Shown here in pieces: positions 38,794 to 49,300 of a DNA stretch of 64,000 nucleotides. The notes beneath the pieces were generated by a model, which ran no database searches, was not told the origin of the DNA, and was given only the letters and a program-made list of their open reading frames with translations. Made by a program: the position numbers and the translations under genes. Numbering within the stretch: position 1 is the stretch's first letter; every line of letters starts with the position of its first letter. Where the stretch lies: contig JANJGN010000012.1 in the NCBI GenBank assembly GCA_026770705.1, positions 45,818,001 through 45,882,000 on the forward strand, given 5' to 3'. The DNA is from Isurus oxyrinchus (Eukaryota).

Positions 38794-38999
38794 CCACGCA
38801 AGAACAGGAGCCGATGCTAATGTCTCCACAAATCTACGATCCTAGTCGTGGACGTATCGGACTGGCAACAAGGTTGGGGATCTTCAATATTACGATATTC
38901 AATATAGGGACATCAGTGGTTAATTCAGAGCCTGGCAACTGTTGACCAGAAGGTCCGTACCCTGAGCTTTAAGCTTAGGAAATTCTAGAGCAGGGACAG

Positions 39000-40227
39000 G
39001 GAATTCATAACACCCAATGAAATACAGACCAGGACATGACATGGTTAATCCAAAGCCTGGCTACCGTGCTCGAAAGTCATGTGGGGGCTATCGACTAACT
39101 GATTGAAATAGGGAAAAATATTTCAGACGAAGCGAGCAGAAATGATGTTTGCAGCACCTACGGATCTTGGGCACTGGAATAAGCACAAGAGTAGTTAAGA
39201 CAGATTAATGAAGGGATCGATCCTTTATGGGTAACTAATGAGCATTTATTTAACCTTTCATGACACAAGGATCATGACTTGACCGGTCGCCAGCTCAGAG
39301 GTGTAATACACGTATATAGAACGAATGTTGAATGTATAGTGAATAGGAATATGCTAAGAGGCATTATATTAGTAATACCTGTTATACCTATGTCAACACC
39401 TGGCAGGACATTATATAGAGTAGAAAACATTGGGGTTATATGGGAGAATTACTATATTAAGTATCACGATATTCCACCATACGCAGTAGACATAGTAGGA
39501 AATATATTTAGCACCACATTAGAAGGGTGTAGTATAGAGACCACCGAGGTAGTATGTGCACATCCAATATATGAGACGGAAGATGCAAAGTGCGGATTTA
39601 AAGCAGCAGCAAATTGTACAATGGAAACTATATGGCCTGCAAAAGAACTGACCCATGTTGCATATGCAGGGAATGGGAGATATTGTATCACCACGTGACA
39701 GTATAGAATCGGGGGTAACTGGATATGCCTCATCTACAATCATTTGGTGTGCCTACACCCACAGATGCCAACAAGGGTGGGGAAGGTGGAACTGGTCGAA
39801 ATATACAAGGGAGGAACGACTACTATTCAGGTCAAGGAAAGCCTTAAGGATAACCTGACACAATATTTGAACCAGTTCTCCTATGAAATTCCCCTATTAC
39901 CAGAGCACCTAACCACGATTTGAAGACAGGCTCAGCAGATATACACTGTAGCAACAGGTTAGAGCCTTAAAGACGGATATTGAACAAATAGGTGCTTCCA
40001 CCTGGTGAGAGGATCTGTGGAATTGGGGCTTGAACGTACAGATACTCTGCTGGATTCAGGTTATCACCCATGCCCTAGTCATACTTCAGCTGATATTGAT
40101 TGTGTTTCCAACGCACTTGATATACTATACCCGGAGGTCACAAAAAAGGTGGTGTTGCGGGAGTTTTAGTAGGTGGAGCAGGAATCTGGTAAGCCAGAGG
40201 TTCGGATTAAAGGACCCGATGATGTAG
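39000..40227 (+). pseudogene. env: ERV env remnant resembling foamy-virus/lokiretrovirus Env (F-protein-like)
   Basis: ORF 39279-39698 has the pattern LYRVENIG...IPPY...LEGC...VVC...KCG...NC...GNGRY. Trp-rich segment and hydrophobic TM (WNWGLNVQILCWIQVITHALVILQLILIVF) at about 40018-40107. Confidence 0.65.
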
Positions 40228-42948
40228 ATGGTTTAACCAGTACCTGTACCCTTTACATGCCAAAACTGGATACCTGGCCAGTATCAATGGGCAGCAGTAC
40301 GTAAAGGGGAGGGTGGGAATGGACAACACCACTGTAGTTGGCTACCTTGGGCTAAGCCAAGAGCCAAAAGGGGGGACTGTTATGGGGAAATAAAGGGATA
40401 CAATAATTATTAGGGGGAATATAGGGGTACAGTAAGAATTTATTGAAAGGGAATGAATTACTTAAAATCTCCAAGCGCATTGGCAGTTAAAAGTTACCAG
40501 ATGAACCTTGCACAGCCTTAAGTGCCTGAAAACAACAGAAAGGCCTTGGAGCCAGACTGTAACCAGAGGATGGCAATAACAACTAAGATTGAGTGTGCTC
40601 TTCAACAGATAGGGGAAGAACAGATGGTAAGCTCTCTGCCTGGGTGAAAACAAATAGGGATGTACTTGTTACCACAGGTGTCTTTTAATGTAAACCTATA
40701 TGATGCCGAGATCGGAATCTGGAAACTGTTCTTGTACGTGACCAATAATGTAGCTTAGCAGAGTACTGTCTCAAGCTGTATTGAGATGGTGCCCTCCTTG
40801 CAATTGCTCGAATAAACGATCAAAACCTGTACCTCAGTCTCCTGTGGTCCATTTGTCAAAGTGACCACAACACCCTCCAAGCCACACACCATCCTGATTA
40901 GAAATATATCGCTGTTCCTTTGCTGCTGCTGCTGGGTCAAAACCATGGTCTCCCTTCCTAATAGCACTGTGGGTGTACCTCACAGACTGCAGTGGTCCAA
41001 GGAAGCAGCTCACCATCACCTTCTTAAGGGCAATTAGGGATGGGCAATAATTCTGTGATTCTGTGAAATACTGGCCTAGCCAGCGAAGCCCATGTCCCAT
41101 GAAAGAATAAAAAAAGTGTGACTGATTGCTGCTGACACCCTCAGCTCCTGAGGGGCAGCTACCAAAAAAGGAGCAAAAATTCATCCAAAGAAAAAATAAA
41201 ATCACATATTGGATCACTTGACCTTTGGGTGGAGATGCAAAACAGGTGATATTTGGATTTAAAGTCATTGTATATCTTGATGGATTTTCCTCCTATGACT
41301 TTGATTGAAAGGGAATTAAACTCAAGCAGTATAATGAAGGCCAATTCGATATCAATATCACCCCAAGTTAAACAGAGCCCGTAATATGTTAAGTGAATAA
41401 AGTTGCTGGGTGCAGTAACCTGAGCAACCAACATAGCAGAATATCTGAAGCAATTCTTGTTAAAATTGACCTTGCTCAGGCTCCCCACAATATCGTTTCA
41501 AACAGTGAGTGTCTGACAGGTACTTAAAGAAATTTGTCAAATGGAACAGAAACCAAGTTATTTGTGTAATGTTGATATAAAATACAGATCTGGAGGGCTT
41601 GTTTGTTCTGGACAGTCCCTCTCCTTAAAATAGCAGTGCACAGATCCTGCTGGGACCCCAGGTGTTTATCAGTTTCACCCACATGGGGCTTCTGGTTTGG
41701 GCTGCATCAAATCGCATTCACATACTGAAAGCTGATTTGGTGAAGATGCAGTTTAGCTTCACCCCAACCCCCTTCAATATTTAAATGAGGTACAATTACA
41801 TACATAGATAGGTTGCATGTATGTTTTATGCTGTAGATTCACACTTTCTAGGAGATGAATTTCAATGATGTGCTGAATGCAGCACCATATATTAGGAACT
41901 CTGTATAACTATTGATGACTGCTTTCTTCATTTTCTTTATCCAACAAGAGCCAACTTGTCCCAAAACAATTATGATTATGCTGGGTATGGATTTAAAAAC
42001 AGCCAGAAATAGACACTGGGGTCTTGACTACATATCCACCATCATTCCCACCAGCAACAACTGACGGCACAGAAACAGGCCATTCAACTCAAACAGTCCG
42101 TGTCGGTGTTTATGCTCCACTTGAGCCTCCTGCTACCTTTTCTCATCTAAATCTATCAATGTAAACATCTATTCCCTTCTCTCTGAAATGCTTGATGAGC
42201 TTCCTCTGAAATACTCCTACACTATTTGTTTCAACTGATCCCTATGGTAGTGAGTTCAACATTCTTACCACTCTTCAGGTAAACAAGTTTCACTCTCAAT
42301 GTTCTAATTCTATGAAAAGTACAGAGTGAGATAATAGAATGTATTTAACAGTTATTAGAATATGTTGAATAATTTTAATAGTCAATTGCTGATGGAAGGC
42401 TAGAATATGATTGTTAGATGGCAGGCACTGGTGACTAATTATACTTCAGACCTTTCCTTCAGCACCTTCATTCACTGTTGTAGCAGTGGCAATGTCCACA
42501 TGGCAATATTGTCTGTGCACTAACTGAGGGGTTCACCCTTGTGTCTATGCAGGCATCACACAGTAAGTGTGCTATTGTGAGGGGCTTGTAATATAGAGAA
42601 TGTTTCAGATTGTTTTTTCTGAAAGGAAGCTACCTGTAACATATGCCTTATCAATGTGTGGTTTAGAAGTGTCACAGAAATCCAGTTTTATAAGGTGTCT
42701 GTACTGTTGAAAGAACCACAAGAGAAGAATGTTGCTCCAGAATGCAGTATAGCAGAGAATTTTTGTTTTAATTTAAACTCCAGCCCAGGACAGAATAAAC
42801 AAGCAAACAAAAAGAGGGTACAGTGGGAAATGTCAGATAACTAACTTTCTTCAGTTTAAGATGTAAGTTAATTACTAACAACACTGAGGTCTCATTCTCT
42901 CAATCTGTCTTTCTGACACTGAATGGGAGGGTTTCAAATCCTTGCTTT

Positions 42949-43012
42949 GATTGGTCATTGTGAATCACTCTAACTTGCATGGATTTCCTTCCTGATGTGA
43001 ATGGGTTTATAA
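42949..43012 (+). promoter_or_regulatory. Candidate V promoter
   Basis: Inverted CCAAT (ATTGG near 42950), octamer variant ACTTGCAT at 42973-42980, and TATA-like TTTATAA at 43006-43012, 80-140 bp upstream of the leader ATG. Confidence 0.55.
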
Positions 43013-43091
43013 CTGGGTTCAATGGGCAGCTGCTGCCACAGTCTGTCACAGATACACTGGGTGAAGGGAAGCAGGAAGCTCACTGGCAGAA

Positions 43092-43140
43092 ATGATGCGG
43101 ATGTTGTGTTTTTTCTGGTCTCTGGCACTGTGGCTGGACT
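43092..43140 (+). CDS. IgL leader exon (cluster B)
   Basis: MMRMLCFFWSLALWLD plus 1 nt, then donor GTAAGT at 43141. A 106-bp intron runs to acceptor TTTTACAG at 43246. Confidence 0.88.
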
Positions 43141-43246
43141 GTAAGTACAAACAATAAACTCTGCTCCTCCTGCAGGAGCAAATGCAGGGGTTCGGAATCA
43201 TTTTTAAAGAGTTGATTTATAATGTTTAATCCCTGCTCTTTTACAG

Positions 43247-43573
43247 ATGGACAGTCTCAGACTCTCACTCAGCCTCCAGACGTGACTGTGAAACCGGGAA
43301 ACATGGCCACACTGGACTGCAACATTGGAACGGCTGATAGCTATGTTATAAGCTGGTATAAGCAGACACCAGGAGCAGCTCCTCAATGGATCCTCTATTA
43401 CCATTACTCTAGCAGTGCCCCTACCTATGGTTCTGGGTTTAGCAGTGACCGTTTCACATCGACAGCCAACAGCGGCCACAACATGTACCAGTTAATCATA
43501 AAGAATGTGGAGGTGAATGACGCTGCCGTCTATTACTGTGAAAAGTGGTTTTCCTCGAGCAGTACTTATGTGC
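43247..43573 (+). CDS. Ig light-chain V segment, sigma type, unrearranged
   Basis: QTLTQPP...LDC...SWYKQTPG...long CDR2 YYHYSSSAPTYGSGFSSDRFTS...DAAVYYCEKW. The long CDR2 with YGSGFSS is characteristic of sigma-group V. Frame is open. Confidence 0.93.
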
Positions 43574-43601
43574 CACAGTGACAGAAGGTAAAACAAAAAC
43601 T
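43574..43601 (+). promoter_or_regulatory. V 12-bp-spacer recombination signal sequence
   Basis: CACAGTG + ACAGAAGGTAAA (12) + ACAAAAACT. Confidence 0.95.
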
Positions 43602-43915
43602 GGGAACAGGACATATTATACAGTTAATGCCATTGTATCTGATAAAGCACTATAATATTTTACCTTTCATAAAGTCACATTAATTTTATTCTTTATTCTG
43701 TATTTTCCAATTTATAACATTTAATTATTCATAACATTCTGAATCTCACTGCTCACTATTGGGTTTTGAAAACATTTTAATGTCAGTGTGTGGATGTTGC
43801 TGTGAGTTCAATCCTTACTGTCCCTCACCAGCAGGAACACTGGAAATACATGAAGCATGATTCAGATGCTCCAGTCCCACCATTAATGTTTTTCCTGTCT
43901 GATTCCAGGATCCTG

Positions 43916-43954
43916 AATAACTGTACGGACTGAACCCTAGAACATCACACTGTG
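43916..43954 (-). promoter_or_regulatory. J 23-bp-spacer RSS with a perfect heptamer and a degenerate nonamer
   Basis: CACTGTG at 43948-43954. At 23-bp spacing the nonamer reads AATAACTGT, 4/9 to GGTTTTTGT. Confidence 0.7.
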
Positions 43955-43991
43955 TAGGTGTTCGGCCAAGGGACCAAACTCTTTGTTGCAG
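43955..43991 (+). CDS. IgL J segment (cluster B)
   Basis: TAG GTG TTC GGC CAA GGG ACC AAA CTC TTT GTT GCA G|GTAAGT = *VFGQGTKLFVA, with the FGxG motif and a phase-1 donor. Confidence 0.93.
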
Positions 43992-44650
43992 GTAAGTAGC
44001 TGGAAATTCCCTCCTGTGGAAACTAGAGGTGTTAATTTAGACATTTAGAAATGAATTCATAAATTAAACAGGGACACTCTCTTTCCTTCTCAAATTTCCA
44101 TCTCCATCCTAAGGATCACCACCCGCAACTTCCTCTCCCTTCCCTCTTCCCCACGTTGTATCCATTTACATCTTTGCTGCTCTTTTGATTCTTGTTGCTG
44201 TGATTCTGGATGCTACAAATTCTGAGTCTGGAGCTGAGGTTCTGGGGTGAATTCACCCTGATGGTGTGTGGCAACCAGAATCTCCCATAGCTGGCCTTTG
44301 ATTGGAAAGGGTCAGGTTTGTGCTGATGTTTGTCTTTGAGCGCTAACACCCAGACCAGGCCCCTCACCACTGGCTCAGTGTGAACTGCTGCTGTTGTGTC
44401 AACATTGAGTCAGTGCCAGTGGGTCAGTGTTGCTGCATCGTGTACGTTGTCAGCAGCCTCAGATCTATCAGTATTTTGTGATTTTTCTTTTGCAAAACTC
44501 TTTGCAACTTCCTATTTCTTACCATATACACTTGGATATTAAGAATTATACCTTCCATTCCCTCAGGCTTGTATCCATAGGGGTTTTGATCCCTCCCACC
44601 TCTGCCCCAATTGACCATTCTTCTTGGATTAACTGGGTCAGTTAATGTTG

Positions 44651-44984
44651 TTGGGTGGCATGATGGCGCAGTGGTCAGTGCTGCTGCCTCACAGCTCTAG
44701 GGACCTGGGTTTGATTCTGACCTCTGGTGTCTGTCTGTGTGGAGGTTGCACATTCTCCCCGTGTTCACGTGAGATTCCTCCGGGTTCTCTGATTTCCTCG
44801 CACCGTCCAAAGACATGCTGGTTCAGTGGATTGGCTACAGTAAACTGCCCCTTAGTGTGTGCCCTGTGATGGTCTGGCGTCCTGCCCTGGGAATACCCCA
44901 CCTCGCACCCATTGCCTGTTGGAATAGGCTCCAACTTCCTGTGACCTGAGTTGGATGAAGTGGTTCTGGAAAAGTGAGTGAATG
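44651..44984 (+). repeat. V-SINE/HE1-like SINE in the J-C intron of cluster B
   Basis: tRNA head TGGCGCAGTGG...GGTTTGATTC and V-domain-like GTGTGGAGGTTGCACATTCTCCCCGTG...CCAAAGACATG. TSD AGTTAATGTTG at 44640-44650 and 44985-44995. Confidence 0.75.
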
Positions 44985-45690
44985 AGTTAATGTTGGTGGG
45001 TCACTCACCTGTTAATAATCCTGTCCTTATCTCACACCCATTACTGCACCCCCTTCCATTGGGGGTAAGGGGCCAATGGGGAAAGGGCCACTGTTTTCAA
45101 CCAGGAAAAGGGATGTTAGATTTTCAAACCCCTCTCTCAACTGAGGGCTGATGTACTAATTGGGGCATCATCACAGAACATTTGTTGCCCTGTCACTTCC
45201 TGGTCTGAGGAGCTCAGGATCACAAACCTGGTGCCCTCACTCAGGCTGTGGAGAGTTGTTCCTATAAAACTACTGAGTTTTGATTAGAATTAGGTCCAGA
45301 ATCACTTCTCTCCCTGATCAGGGATGCTGAGGTCGAGTGAAGAGTCCCTGGTGACTCACATGCGATCAGTCAACTCAACACAAGCTGGGGATAGAACTTG
45401 CGAGCTGGAGGAGAAGTACCCACAGTGAGTGATGCTGTAATCCATAGAGTCACCAGGAGGGTTCTAAAGTGAATAATTGTATATTGAGAAATAGTAACTC
45501 TTCTTGTTTTGACAACACCTGGACAATTTTAATGGGGCAATACCCTCTCACTCATTGAATTTCTGGGGTCTACTGTGGGAAGCTACAACATTTCAAACCT
45601 GCTTCTATCAAGCTCTGAAATGAACTCTGAAGTGATCCTAAGATTTTCTCTTACTTAATACAAACATGTTTTCTCTGGTTCTGATTGCAG

Positions 45691-46013
45691 CTCAGCAACT
45701 CCCTGACGCTTCGGTAAAACTGCTTGGACCTTTAGCCGATGAGATGTCCACTAAAGGAGCCGGCACATTAGTTTGCCTGGTCAGCAAACTGTCCATGGGC
45801 TTTGCTGCGGTCAGCTGGACAGTCGATGGGAGCCCGACGAGCAGCAAGGTCCAAACCAGCATGGCGTCGCGGAACCCGGACAACACCTTCAGCCTTAGCA
45901 GCTACCTGACAGTCCCTGGCAGAGATTGGAGCAGTGGGAAGGTGTACTCCTGTACAGTTCAACAAGGAACAGCTTCAAAAACATCCGCAACTGCCTCACA
46001 ATCCAATTGTTAA
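45691..46013 (+). CDS. Ig light-chain constant exon, sigma type (cluster B)
   Basis: Acceptor TTGCAG at 45690, in phase with J. (A)QQLPDASVKLLGP...GTLVCLVS...YSCTV...SQSNC*. Confidence 0.95.
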
Positions 46014-46386
46014 ATAGATCAAAGTTTATTTTGTGCATTCTGCCTGAGTAGTGAGAAAATGTTAATTTACCATCACCCTCCTACCCTCTCAGCCACCTTT
46101 ACCCACCTTCTTGCCTGATATCTGTTGCATTCCGTTTTGCTTTGTGCGATTTTGCTGTATCATTTTAAATGTTTGCACCTGAGGTAGGTTTTGCTCAGTC
46201 TCTTCCCTTGCAAGAGGCTACACCAGGGTTAAAATGACCAGATACTTGGCTCCAACCAGGATTTTCAGTGCAAATTGGTGGCTTGTTCAGCACCAGTGGT
46301 AGATTGAATGAAAATGATTAATGGGGGTAGTTTGTGATCTGCCAACAGCACCAGCCAGACAATGCATGCCACTGAATGTAACTTCC

Positions 46387-46392
46387 AATAAA
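46387..46392 (+). terminator. PolyA signal of cluster B
   Basis: AATAAA conserved with 10597-10602, followed by a GT-rich element. Confidence 0.7.
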
Positions 46393-49300
46393 GAGAATCT
46401 GTGCACAAAATATATGTGTGTTCTGTCACCTTGTCTGGTCCTAAGCCCACCAAATGTTCTAGACATAAGGAGTGCAATGTCAACAGTGTGTACCACCTAC
46501 ATGATGCACAGGTACATGGGAACACCACTGCTTGCAATTTCCCCTCCAACTCTGGCACCATCCTGACTTGGAATTATGTCAACGTTTCTTTGCTATCACT
46601 GGGTTAAAATCCTGGGCCAGGATATTGCTGTCGGTGTGTGGGGTCTGGCCCGACATGCCAATTCGTAAAATGACGCGAGATGATGTCGGGCGTGCGTCCC
46701 GATGTCATCGCGCATCATTTTGATATTGTGTTCGACAGGCGCATGCCGGAGGTGGCTGTGCACCTGCCAATCTGTCAAAGGCCTATTAAGGCCAATAGGA
46801 AAGTAATTTAGCTGATTAACAACAATGCCCATCTAACCTTAAGGTTGGCGATCAGGCAAAGAGCCCAAATGGCCTTCGCGTTTTCCAGGCCTCGTCCATG
46901 GGTGGGATGAGGTTTGCTAAAGGTTTAATAAAATAATGTAATAAATTTTGCAAAATTCACAAACATGTCCCAGCTCATGTGATATTGTCACATGGGGGGA
47001 CATGTTTGAATAATGTTTAGGTCACTTATTGAAAAGTTTCATTGTCAGCTTCATCTCCCTGAGGCAGCTCCATGCCTGCACAGGCCCCAACTCTCCCTCC
47101 TGCTCCCGCCCACACAGGTAACGCTGAGCGCTACCGACCACATGTTATGTTGGGTGGGCCTTAATTGGCCTGCCAATGTAAAATGGCGACGTGCAGCCGA
47201 TCGCAGGCCGTGATTAGCTCCACGCCAGCTCCCACCCAGCCTGCCCAACATAGGTAAGATTCAATCCCTGGAACTCCCTTTCTAACAGCATTGTGGTATA
47301 CCTACACCCCAAACTACAGCGGTTGAAAAAGGCAGCTCACCAACACCTTCTCCAGGGCAATTTGGGATGGGAAATAAATGCTGACCTTGCCAGCGATGCT
47401 CACATTGTATGAAAGAATGAAAAAGCTCAACACTTTGCTCCATTTCTGCTACAGTTTCCATGTATTCATGAATGCTATGGGTATTCAGACAGAGTCTGAT
47501 AAAAATCTTTCAAAAATCCTTCGATATGGGAATTGGGTCAGATGTCTGGAGATTTGTCACTAGAACATGTGTTTATAAATGAATAAACCAGGGAATTATA
47601 GACCTGCCAGATTAACAGTAGCAGTGGCAAACATCTGGCTATCACAATGCAAAATGAATTAATGTTCACATTGAGACACGTGCTCATTAAGGAGAATGAG
47701 AAAGTTTTCATAAAAGTCACGTCATCTGATAAATGTAAGCGTATTTAATGAGACAGCCTACTGACAATGGAAATACAGTACGTGTTATGTAAATGGACTT
47801 TCACAAGGGGTGAAAGAGTATTTAATGAATAGATTCACAGTGCTGCTGTTGATTTTTAACAAAAAGATAAAACATTTATTTAGCAGGGAACAACAATTTG
47901 CCAGATGGTGTATAATGTGGAAAAATGTGAGTGTGATGCTTAGAAAAATGTGTTTCTCTTCCATATTCTCTTGTTTAAATTCTGTTTTTAAAAATGGGCA
48001 AAGACTAATCCATCAACCTCCTGGAACATGACACTCCTTGCATTGTATGAACATTCCACCCAAGCCAACACAAGGAACATGAGATGTCTGCACCAGCTAA
48101 CTCTGGACAAAGGCAGAACTATTGTGATCCCTCATCTCCAATGTTGCTCTAATGGTTTCATAGTTATCTGCTCAAAATACAATGGGTTTTAACAAGGGTC
48201 CTTAAAGTACATTGTTAGATGAATGGCTCAACCCAAAAGCACCCGGCCACAAGACCAAGTCTTGATTTGTTGGAATTGCTTTAATTACACAGCTTTGGAT
48301 TGTGACTTCAGTTGCTGTTTAACCTCAGAAAAGAAAAAACAGGACTCCAGGCTAGTAGCCTACCTCTGACCTCCATTTCTCCCAAAGTCTGATCTCGAGA
48401 AAGAATGCTGTTTTTCGCCTACAAAGTGAACTAATTTCCAGTATACAAGAATACTTTGCTGCATCTTCAACTGCCTCAACCAAGTTCCTAGGACAAAGAC
48501 CAGAAATTCTGCCAGACCAAGCCACCTAAAAGAACCTTCATTGGACAATGACTTACTGGATCTACTCATGTGAATTGATGCCAATACCTTTTGATTTTTT
48601 TAAGTAGCTCACAATTTGTGACTTCTTTGTCTTTCTTTCTCTGCCTTTGTATGTTCGTGGGTGTGAATGTGTGTCGTGATCCATTCCTCGGGTTTTGAAT
48701 GTGTTAATAAATCCTCGTTTTGTTTCATCTTAAAGAATTTGGTGTGTGGTTATTTTTAACATTGGACCTCATAAACAGGGGTTTGGGAAACAGACCATGA
48801 TCCATTTGAATAAGGGAAAGGATACTAACGGAAACAAATTAAATTAGAAATTAAAACTACCGCTGTCAACTAATGGAAACAAATTAAATTAGAAATTAAA
48901 ACTATCGCTGTCACAGGCAGAAGAGAGGAACAGTAATAATATTTCAATTCAATTTAGATTTAAGGTAAGGGGCAGGAGGTTTAGAGGGGATGTGAGGAAG
49001 AATTTTTTCACCCAGAGGATGAATCTGGAACTCACTGCCTGAAAGGGTGGTAGAGGCAGAAACCCTCATAATATTTAAGAAGTATTTGGATGTGCACTTG
49101 CGATGCCATGACATACAAGGCTATGGGCCTAGTGCTGGAAAATGGGATTACAATAGTTAAGTATTTGTTTGACCAGCACAGATTCGATGGGCCAAAGGGC
49201 CTTTTTCTGTGCTGTAGACCTCTATGACTCTAAGAACAAATGAAGTATATGACACCACTCCTTCATCCACAGCTATGGGCAGGATCTGAGTTTGGCATGC

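Larger units (their letters stand above)
33435..40872 (+). mobile_element. Defective endogenous retrovirus: LTR-PBS(Ser)-leader repeats-gag-[pol largely deleted]-IN-env-PPT-LTR
   Basis: LTRs 33435-33950 and 40378-40872 (TG...CA, about 5% mismatches by eye plus a 21-bp indel). 5-bp TSD CCCTC at 33430-33434 and 40873-40877. PPT AAAAGGGGGGAC at 40366-40377. Confidence 0.92.

Noticed and set aside
43761-43806. Possible extra RSS or pseudo-J (GGGTTTTGA...CAGTGTG TGG ATG) between V and J
   Set aside because: Spacing does not fit 12 or 23, and there is no FGxG motif or splice donor.
43247-43991. Germline-joined VJ, as found in some chondrichthyan IgL genes
   Set aside because: V and J are separated by 381 bp with both heptamers intact, so the gene is split.
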